NCBI GenBank assembly: GCA_023301565.1 | Contig: JALZUO010000034.1 | Coordinates: forward strand, 3,621-67,620 | Origin: Oligoflexales bacterium | Lineage (GTDB): Bacteria > Bdellovibrionota_B > Oligoflexia > Oligoflexales > JALZUQ01 | Direction of reading: 5' to 3' | DNA length: 64,000 nucleotides | Shown here: piece by piece, positions 47,097 through 54,131 of the stretch | Numbering within the stretch: position 1 is the stretch's first letter | Layout: the number at the start of each line of letters is the position of its first letter | The notes under the pieces: model-generated | Databases searched by the model: none | The model's input: the letters and a program-made list of their open reading frames with translations, nothing else | Told to the model about the DNA's origin: nothing | Made by a program: the position numbers and the translations under genes

Positions 47097-47453
47097 ATGG
47101 CGCGAGTAAAACGTGGCTTTAAAGCAAGAAGAAGAAGAGCAAAAATCCTAGACCTTGCAAAAGGTTTTAGAGGCTCTCGTAAGAACAGATTCCGTACTGC
47201 AGTGCATGTGGTGCGTAAGGCTCTTACTTATGCTTATAGAGATAGAAAAGTTAAGAAAAGAGAGTTCCGCAGACTTTGGATCACTAGAATCAATGCTGCA
47301 GCTCGTGCAAATGGCTTGAAGTACAGTCAGTTCATGTACGGCTTAAAGCAAAAAGGTGTTGAGCTAGACCGCAAAAGCTTGGCGTACATTGCTTTCCAGG
47401 ACCCAGCTACTTTTAAAAATATCTGCACTGAAGCTAAGTCTGCTTTAGCCTGA
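47097..47453 (+). CDS. rplT: 50S ribosomal protein L20
   Basis: [18 protein letters not shown]...[22 protein letters not shown]. Confidence 0.95.
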   Translation: MARVKRGFKARRRRAKILDLAKGFRGSRKNRFRTAVHVVRKALTYAYRDRKVKKREFRRLWITRINAAARANGLKYSQFMYGLKQKGVELDRKSLAYIAFQDPATFKNICTEAKSALA

Positions 47454-47501
47454 TATTCTTTTCACAGTTTATCCCCATAGACTGATGTAAAAATAAACAA
47501 T

Positions 47502-47531
47502 CCCGTAAGCCTTCCAGCTACGGGGTTTTTT
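47502..47531 (+). terminator. Rho-independent terminator after rplT
   Basis: Stem CCCGTA(A)GC / GCTACGGG with a 6-nt loop, followed by GTTTTTTA. Confidence 0.7.
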
Positions 47532-47654
47532 ATGGTGCGTCTAAAATACAGACGGGACCTGTATGGAAAATAGTCAAAAAATTGTGGAAAAGTTATTTAG
47601 ACAATGAAGAGTCGAGACGCTTATCATGCACAGAATTAGAACGGTGTGCAAGCT

Positions 47655-47700
47655 TTGATCCCTGCTTTGAAACAAATATAATCAGTACATTGTTTCAAAG
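47655..47700 (+). promoter_or_regulatory. Predicted top6B promoter (TTGATC-16 nt-TATAAT) embedded in a perfect 11-bp inverted repeat CTTTGAAACAA-N14-TTGTTTCAAAG
   Basis: -35 at 47655-47660, consensus -10 at 47677-47682. Inverted-repeat arms at 47665-47675 and 47690-47700. The right arm abuts the RBS. Confidence 0.5.
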
Positions 47701-47710
47701 GAAAATTTGC

Positions 47711-49645
47711 ATGGCAAAAACAAAGACAAAAACACGTGCGCGTTCCGGGCGGATTACCAAAAGTAGTACGGCTGAATACTTTTCAAAAAACTTACAGCAA
47801 GTAGGTTTTTCATCTCCGACTAAAGCAGTTCTTACTACGTTAAAAGAAGCTGTCGATAACGCGCTTGATGCCTGCGAAGATCACGGCATATTGCCAGACC
47901 TTCGTATTGAAATAGAAAAGCTTGGCGCGGGCTCGCTAAAAAACACAGATCAAATACGGGTTCTTGTCAGTGATAACGGGCCGGGTATCGGCCCTGATGA
48001 TGTGCCAAGAGTTTTTGGTGAGTACCTTGCCTCTTCAAAGTTCGGACGTGGACGGTGTTCTCGAGGGCAGCAGGGTATTGGTATTTCTGCAGCGACAACC
48101 TGGGCTCAGCAAACAACTGCTACTGGTGCCCGGGTGATATCTAAAACATCGAGCATGCGTAAAGCTGTTTCTTATCTTGTTGAAGTTGATCTAAAAGGAA
48201 ACAAAGGCAGGATTAAAGAAAAAGAAACCGTAGAATGGGACCGAAAAAACGGTACCAGCGTCGAGTTTATTTTTGACGGCAGGTTGCAGTACAACGGAGA
48301 GGCTGGACTGCACGCCTTTATAAATGGAAATATTTTAGTAAACCCGCATATGAAGCTTGTTTATAAGCTTCCTGCCGGCGAAGAGGTAACAGTAGAGAGG
48401 GTAAGCGAAGAAATCCCTCGCATCCCCGAAGCTGTAGATCCTCACCCTCACACAATGAAACTAGGTGATTTTATAGGCCATGCAGGACTGTTTGGCCCGG
48501 ACAAAACAACTACTTGGTTAAAAAATGGTTTTTCAAGAGTGTCGCCTTCAGCCATTAAAGAGCTCGGGGGTATTCTTGGACCCGAAAAAGGAATCCTTAA
48601 TGGGAAGGTTAGCGCCCTTAAAGAGGCGCAGATTAAAAAGCTTTATACGTCTATCCAAAAAACCAGCCTTAAAGCTCCAGCAACTTCCAGTGTTTTAGCC
48701 GTGGGCGAAAGCAGCCTGGCAAAAAGCATCCGCCGACTTGGCGAGGTTGACTTTATTTCTGTGCACACAAGAAAGCCAACCATATGCGATTTCAAACCCG
48801 TTCAGGTCGAGGTTGCAATTGCTAGGCTTAAAGGTAGCAACTCCGAATCAGAGTCTAGTGTTTCGGTTATTCGTTTTGCAAACCGGGTTCCTTTGCAGTT
48901 TGATAAGGCTTCTTGCGCTATCGTAAAGTCGATTCAATCGGTTAACTGGAAAACTTACGGACTTAGGCAGAGCAAGGGAAGCTTGCCGCAAGGGTCTTTT
49001 ATTTTAGCGGTTAGCGTTGTCTCGCCTTTTATTAAGTTTAAGAATGCTTCGAAAGAAACCATCGATGCTTCAGATGAGCTGGTAGAAGAGCTTCGGAGGG
49101 GGTTGATGAAGGCCGGGCAGAAGCTCTCTCGCCACCTTAAGCGTGAGAAAAAAGCAGAGGAGCTGACCAATAAGATTCAGCACATAGAATCTTTTGCACC
49201 TATTCTCGTTAATATTCTTTGCAGAATCACAGAAGCACCAAATAAAAGAAAAGAAGCTGCGGCTGCCGGTCTGCAAAAAATTCTTGATCGAGACATGAAA
49301 AAAGCAAAGGTCCAATACGACGATGCTGCAGCAAATCTAGAGCAGCACCTAAGCTCGCAGCTTGAGGCCATGCCAGATGTCTTCAGAACCTATAAAGACC
49401 CAAAGAAGACAGTCGAGGAAGCGCAAGAAACTAAGCTGGGTGCAAAAGACGCTGAGATTGCAAAGCTGCAAGATGAAGCCGAAGAAAACGCAAACTCTTC
49501 TAAAACTAAAATAAAAAAGAAGTCTAAAGGCAAGAAGACAGCGAAGAAAAAAAACACTAAAAAAGTCGCTAAGAAAACAGCCAAAAAGAAGAAGACAGTT
49601 CGTAAAAAAGCTACGAAAAAAAGCAAAACGAAGAGAAGAAGGTAG
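47711..49645 (+). CDS. top6B: DNA topoisomerase VI subunit B (GHKL/Bergerat ATPase, H2TH, transducer) with a C-terminal polylysine tail
   Basis: Bergerat motifs EAVDNALDA (nt 47846-), DNGPGI (nt 47972-) and GQQGIGISAA (nt 48065-). An H2TH-like segment (LGDFIGHAG...FSRVSPSAIKEL) precedes a transducer-length region. AAGGAAAA RBS lies before ATG 47711. Confidence 0.85.
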   Translation: MAKTKTKTRARSGRITKSSTAEYFSKNLQQVGFSSPTKAVLTTLKEAVDNALDACEDHGILPDLRIEIEKLGAGSLKNTDQIRVLVSDNGPGIGPDDVPRVFGEYLASSKFGRGRCSRGQQGIGISAATTWAQQTTATGARVISKTSSMRKAVSYLVEVDLKGNKGRIKEKETVEWDRKNGTSVEFIFDGRLQYNGEAGLHAFINGNILVNPHMKLVYKLPAGEEVTVERVSEEIPRIPEAVDPHPHTMKLGDFIGHAGLFGPDKTTTWLKNGFSRVSPSAIKELGGILGPEKGILNGKVSALKEAQIKKLYTSIQKTSLKAPATSSVLAVGESSLAKSIRRLGEVDFISVHTRKPTICDFKPVQVEVAIARLKGSNSESESSVSVIRFANRVPLQFDKASCAIVKSIQSVNWKTYGLRQSKGSLPQGSFILAVSVVSPFIKFKNASKETIDASDELVEELRRGLMKAGQKLSRHLKREKKAEELTNKIQHIESFAPILVNILCRITEAPNKRKEAAAAGLQKILDRDMKKAKVQYDDAAANLEQHLSSQLEAMPDVFRTYKDPKKTVEEAQETKLGAKDAEIAKLQDEAEENANSSKTKIKKKSKGKKTAKKKNTKKVAKKTAKKKKTVRKKATKKSKTKRRR

Positions 49646-49652
49646 ATAACTC

Positions 49653-50816
49653 ATGGCAAGACTACAAACATCCAAAAAATCAAAAGATGAAATACCAAAG
49701 ATTAGCAAAGCCTTGTGTGAGAAGATGATTGCTGACCTGGAAAAGGCCAGAAGGCCTGTTCTTCAAGCAACCAAATGCTCGCTAGACAACTCTATTTATA
49801 GCCCTGGAAAAGGCTACCTCACGCCAGGACCCAAAAAAGTAAGTAGTGAGCTGAACGTAAGTTCGGTAAAGAAAATCTCGAGATCTATTTTTATGCTAGA
49901 GATTCTTCTTAGAAACATTGATACCGGCAGCGTAAACACAAAGCGTGAGCTTTACTACATGGCTAAAGGTGAAGTGAAGCACAATAAGGATCTTAGGGTT
50001 CTGGATTTTAAAGATCAGGACGAGTCGGACTCGATCGTAGATTTTTTGTGCGAGATGATCGAGTGTTACAGAGAAGACATGAACTGCTACGCAAACGACC
50101 GGGGTGGTCAAACCTTCTCGCAGTGTTTGGTTGTGCACGAAACTATGCCTGACGGCAAAAAAGCGGTGATTGATTTAAGTAAGCTCGGTACCTCGCCGTT
50201 TCAGCCAAAGAACAGGCCACAAAATCTAACTCTTAAGGCTAAAAAGAAAATTGATTTTTGTTTGGTTATTGAGTCTGAAGGTACCGCTAACACTTTGGTT
50301 TCAAATGGGATCTGCAAGAGGAATAACTGCATAGTTGTTGGCTCGCAAGGGGTTCCTTCGAATGCAGTGCGAGGCTGGGTCAAAAGGATTCAAGAGCAAC
50401 TAAAAGTACCTATCTACTTTTTTGGTGACTTGGATGCTTATACTATCCAAAATATTTTTCGTACTCTTAAGGCTGGCTCTGCAGCATCGCTCATCCGCAA
50501 TGCTGACTATAGCGCTCCAGAGGTTCGTTTTTTGGGCGTGCTTCCAGAGGACATCAAAAAGTATGATCTTGCTGATTACACGGTTAAAAGTGACAACGCT
50601 AGCGATCTTAGAGCTCTGAAGAAAGCAAAAGATATTTTAGCTAACGACCCGTTTTTCAAATCACCGAAAAATAAAAAGTTAGCTTCGATTTTGCATTGGC
50701 TGATTAAAGAAAAGAGGCGCTGCGAACAGCAGGCTTTGTTTACCGTAAATCCGCGGGATCCGATCATGCCAGAGAAAATTATTTTAGAGAAAATAAAAAA
50801 GAAAAGTTATATTTAA
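49653..50816 (+). CDS. top6A: DNA topoisomerase VI subunit A (Spo11-type 5Y-CAP plus Toprim)
   Basis: KRELYYMAKG with the catalytic-Tyr-type YY at aa 101-102. Toprim acidic motifs LVIESEG (aa 205-210) and FGDLDAY (DxD, aa 259-261). Starts 7 nt after the top6B stop. Confidence 0.85.
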   Translation: MARLQTSKKSKDEIPKISKALCEKMIADLEKARRPVLQATKCSLDNSIYSPGKGYLTPGPKKVSSELNVSSVKKISRSIFMLEILLRNIDTGSVNTKRELYYMAKGEVKHNKDLRVLDFKDQDESDSIVDFLCEMIECYREDMNCYANDRGGQTFSQCLVVHETMPDGKKAVIDLSKLGTSPFQPKNRPQNLTLKAKKKIDFCLVIESEGTANTLVSNGICKRNNCIVVGSQGVPSNAVRGWVKRIQEQLKVPIYFFGDLDAYTIQNIFRTLKAGSAASLIRNADYSAPEVRFLGVLPEDIKKYDLADYTVKSDNASDLRALKKAKDILANDPFFKSPKNKKLASILHWLIKEKRRCEQQALFTVNPRDPIMPEKIILEKIKKKSYI

Positions 50817-50819
50817 CCA

Positions 50820-50845
50820 TAGGGGCTCTAAGCCCCTATATTTTT
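50820..50845. terminator. Terminator hairpin between convergent top6A and the HAD hydrolase gene
   Basis: Perfect 8-bp stem TAGGGGCT/AGCCCCTA with a 3-nt loop, followed by TATTTTT. Confidence 0.7.
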
Positions 50846-50873
50846 GTCTGTAAGTTGACTCTATAAATTAACT

Positions 50874-51518
50874 CTATAAATCAAAGTACTCGCGCACACT
50901 TTCAACACACTGCACCGCGCCTGCAGACATCAGAGATCCATGTTCGTGCTTGGGGGCAACGCCGATGCCTTGCATGCCAGCTGTAACTCCAGCTTTCAGT
51001 CCGTGCAGCGAGTCTTCGAAAAAAATCACTTTTTTAATTTGCTGTTTAGTTACGCCAATCTTTTCGGCGGCGTTTAGGTAAGCCAGAGGGCTTGGTTTAG
51101 GTATAGGGTGATCTTCTCGGGCGAAAACCGGAAAAGGCGTTTCGCCCTTAAACGCTTTTGCAAGGTGGGTGTGGGCAAACTGCCGGGGAGCGTTGGTGAC
51201 GATAGCAGTAGGCGCAATGGAGCATGCTTTTTCTAAACTTTCTAAAGCGCCGGGAAAGTAAATAGCATCTTTTTGGTTTACTATTTTTATTTTAAGCTGA
51301 TAAATTTCTGTTTCATTTAAGTTTGGCAAATAAAACTCTTTGATTTTTGGCGCAATTTGTTTGACCGATAAACCGCGTATTGAATCTAGAAAAGCCGCAT
51401 CCGGCTTGCTCCCACCTAGCATGACGATGGCCTCTTTCCAGGCAGTTACATGTGCTTCCATGCTATCTAAAAGAACACCATCAAAATCAAATAAATAGGC
51501 TGGAGGGGCTATCTTCAT
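50874..51518 (-). CDS. HAD-superfamily hydrolase (beta-phosphoglucomutase/phosphatase-like)
   Basis: Motif I FDFDGVLLDS, motif II VTNA, motif III/IV K...FEDSLHGLKAG. Start ATG 51518 has an AAGGGA RBS; the ORF extends to 51575. Confidence 0.8.
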   Translation of the reverse strand: MKIAPPAYLFDFDGVLLDSMEAHVTAWKEAIVMLGGSKPDAAFLDSIRGLSVKQIAPKIKEFYLPNLNETEIYQLKIKIVNQKDAIYFPGALESLEKACSIAPTAIVTNAPRQFAHTHLAKAFKGETPFPVFAREDHPIPKPSPLAYLNAAEKIGVTKQQIKKVIFFEDSLHGLKAGVTAGMQGIGVAPKHEHGSLMSAGAVQCVESVREYFDL

Positions 51519-51754
51519 AAGGTTTTTCCCTTGTAGTGGCTGGTTATCATGGGTTCCAATCATAACACAGTTCAAATATCCCCTGTTTTTCCTCGAAGTA
51601 AAAATTTTCTTAGATAAGCGCAGCTAATTAGACCCATTGTGAACTGCTATTTTTCAGATGAAGGCTTTGTGGCGATACTATTTAACAAGAACTTACGGGT
51701 TTATAAAAACTTTCCAAAGTGGCTACGAATTTCGAATGATAAAGGAAACGCATC

Positions 51755-52447
51755 ATGGCTAAGCAAAAAAAAGATGGTTTAACACGACGGGGCCTTTTAG
51801 GGCTTGCAGGGTCGGCAACGGTGCTGTCAGCAACAGTAGGCGCATCAAGACTTTTGGGTCAGGGTAGCAGCGATGTGACGCCCCCACAAACAGAAGGACC
51901 TTTTTTTCCAAAAGATACTAGCACTGAAAGCGATGCAGACCTTACAAGGCTAGGGCAGAGCCCGATTGCCGCCGAAGGCAGAAGGGTTCGAATCAACGGG
52001 TTGGTTTTGGGCAAGGACGGAAACCCCCTACAAGGCGCAGCTGTTACCCTTTGGCAGGCTTGTCATACAGGGAAGTATAACCACCCGAGCGACCCAAACA
52101 AGGCGGCATTGGACCCACACTTTCAGTATTGGGCTGCTCTTGAAACCACAGATGAAGGTGAGTTTTCGGCACTTACGGTTGAGCCTGGTGCGTATCCGGC
52201 TACTAGCAATTGGGATAGGCCGCCACACGTGCACTTTCGGGTAGAACACGGCGGCACCAAGCTCACCACGCAGATGTATTTTAAAGGCAACCATCTAAAC
52301 AAAAATGATAAGCTACTTGTAGATACCAGAAGAGATTTTGGAGACGAGGCAGCAGATTCACTTATTGTTGAATTTAAGAAAGGCCCTGACGGGGTGGCCG
52401 AAGGCTTGTTTGTCATACGCCTAGGAACTACGGTAGCCTTGGATTAG
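51755..52447 (+). CDS. Intradiol ring-cleavage dioxygenase family protein with twin-arginine signal
   Basis: Tat-type signal LTRRGLLGLAGSATVLSA. Dioxygenase core TEGPFFP, LWQACHTGKYNH, RPPHVHFRV. Confidence 0.75.
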   Translation: MAKQKKDGLTRRGLLGLAGSATVLSATVGASRLLGQGSSDVTPPQTEGPFFPKDTSTESDADLTRLGQSPIAAEGRRVRINGLVLGKDGNPLQGAAVTLWQACHTGKYNHPSDPNKAALDPHFQYWAALETTDEGEFSALTVEPGAYPATSNWDRPPHVHFRVEHGGTKLTTQMYFKGNHLNKNDKLLVDTRRDFGDEAADSLIVEFKKGPDGVAEGLFVIRLGTTVALD

Positions 52448-52484
52448 CTGGATTGATCCAGCAAAACCTAAAGTTGAGGTTTGT

Positions 52485-53222
52485 ATGCACTCATATGTAT
52501 ATGGCGAGCTCGAGGTAGTCCAGCTACTAGCCTTTGCAGACAACTACTTATACCTAATATCTAGTGATAGCAGGCAGACTTGGACGGCCATTGATCCTGG
52601 CGATGCTGGTGTGATTGAGCAGGCTTTAGAGCAACTTGGCGGAAGATTGACTCGCATTTTAGCCACTCACCATCATGTGGATCATGTTGGTGGAATAGCC
52701 AAGCTAAAAGATCTTTTTGGCGCAAAGGTTTACGGGCCGCAAAACTGTAAAAAAGACTGCAGGGTAGGGATCAGCTCGCTTGATAAAGACTCTAGCGAGC
52801 TCGAAGATCACAGGATTCGTTTGCTTGAGGTTCCTGGACATACGGCCTGCCATGTAGCTTATTATTTTGCAGAGCACTCGTGCGTCTTTGTAGGGGACGC
52901 TCTTTTTGCTATGGGCTGCGGCCGTCTGTTTACGGGGACAATGGAAAATCTACATGCATCCGTGCAAAACCTGCTAAGCCTTCCAGAGAAGACCCAGGTT
53001 TTTTGTGCGCATGAGTACACGTTAAGAAATTTTGAATTTGCCGAGAGTCTAGGGCGCTTGTCCCCGGAGCAGAAAGCTAGAAAAAACAGAGTTCTAACAC
53101 TGCGCAAAGATGAGCTTCCAACCGTCCCGTTTTTAGTGGCCGATGAAAAGGCTACATCGCCTTTTTATACGAGTTCGCTGGCGAAGTTTAAAGAGTGCAG
53201 GCTTCTGCGGGATATTTTTTGA
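52485..53222 (+). CDS. gloB: Hydroxyacylglutathione hydrolase (glyoxalase II)
   Basis: Metallo-beta-lactamase motif THHHVDHVGG, then PGHTACH, GDALFAMGCGR, CAHEYT. Confidence 0.85.
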   Translation: MHSYVYGELEVVQLLAFADNYLYLISSDSRQTWTAIDPGDAGVIEQALEQLGGRLTRILATHHHVDHVGGIAKLKDLFGAKVYGPQNCKKDCRVGISSLDKDSSELEDHRIRLLEVPGHTACHVAYYFAEHSCVFVGDALFAMGCGRLFTGTMENLHASVQNLLSLPEKTQVFCAHEYTLRNFEFAESLGRLSPEQKARKNRVLTLRKDELPTVPFLVADEKATSPFYTSSLAKFKECRLLRDIF

Positions 53223-53378
53223 GTTTTTAAGGTGCTGGAATTAATGAGAATAACTCATCCTTTTCCTAAGTGCTGGGCTTGGGAACGCTTAAACTTGAGA
53301 TTCCTTGGGTCAACAGGTAAATCAGTGTAGTGACGCTGAAACTTCGGGCCGTACCCAACTCTTTGGAGCTTAGCAAAA

Positions 53379-54131
53379 ATGAAAAAAATCAGAATGCCAA
53401 AAGTTGAGATAAGCGGTTTTGTACCAACGCTTAATAAAACTGGATATATGACCTCAGGTTTAGACGAATACTCCCAAGCTTTTGTCGACTCTACGGCTTC
53501 TTTTGCAGGCCAAGAAAAAGCTCTAGAGGTCGGTGCAGCCTACGGTGTTTCAACGTTAGAAGTCCTCGGCCGAGGACAGCGCATTTTAGCAAATGATTTG
53601 GACCAACAGCACTTAGAAATTCTTCGGCAGCGTGCACAAAAAATGAATGTAAAATTGGATAAACTGGAGACAGTCCCAGGTGATTTCTTGTCTGTGTTAG
53701 ACGATGATCGATATAAAGAAAAGTTTTCATCGTTGCTTTGCTGCAGGGTTTTACATTTCCTAAAGCCAAGCGGGATCGAAAAAGCTTTCTCTCTTTTTGC
53801 TAAGCTTCTTGAACCGGGCGGGTTGCTGCATATTGTCAACGAAACTTGCTATCTGAAAAATTTTCAGGGTTTTATCCCTACTTATGAAAAGCTTCTTGCG
53901 CAAAAAGGAGTTTTTGCTGGTTTTATTGAAGATGTAAAATCTGTTGATCCAAACCGAGGAAAAAATCTTCCAGAGTTTATGACTTTTTTCGATGTAGACA
54001 CTCTTGAATTTCTTGCGGAAAAGTATGGGTTTAAGGTCATAAAATGCGGTACTTTTGCTAGGCCAGAGTTTCCGGAAGATATTAGACTTGATGGTAGAGA
54101 AAGCGTTGGCCTCATTGCACAAAAGATTTAA
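53379..54131 (+). CDS. Class I SAM-dependent methyltransferase
   Basis: Motif I-like ALEVGAAYGVST, acidic loop ILANDLD, motif IV-like LLCCRVLHFL. Confidence 0.65.
   Translation: MKKIRMPKVEISGFVPTLNKTGYMTSGLDEYSQAFVDSTASFAGQEKALEVGAAYGVSTLEVLGRGQRILANDLDQQHLEILRQRAQKMNVKLDKLETVPGDFLSVLDDDRYKEKFSSLLCCRVLHFLKPSGIEKAFSLFAKLLEPGGLLHIVNETCYLKNFQGFIPTYEKLLAQKGVFAGFIEDVKSVDPNRGKNLPEFMTFFDVDTLEFLAEKYGFKVIKCGTFARPEFPEDIRLDGRESVGLIAQKI

Noticed and set aside
47582-47710. The ORF track extends top6B 43 codons upstream from a TTG (MWKSYLDNEESRR...).
   Set aside because: The extension runs through the predicted promoter, the 11-bp inverted repeat and the RBS. ATG 47711 (MAKTKTK...) has proper Shine-Dalgarno spacing, and the extension has no topoisomerase-like sequence.
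51985-51994. GGTTCGAATC, a tRNA T-arm-like string.
   Set aside because: It lies in frame inside the dioxygenase CDS (..EGRRVRINGL..), and the flanks cannot form a cloverleaf.
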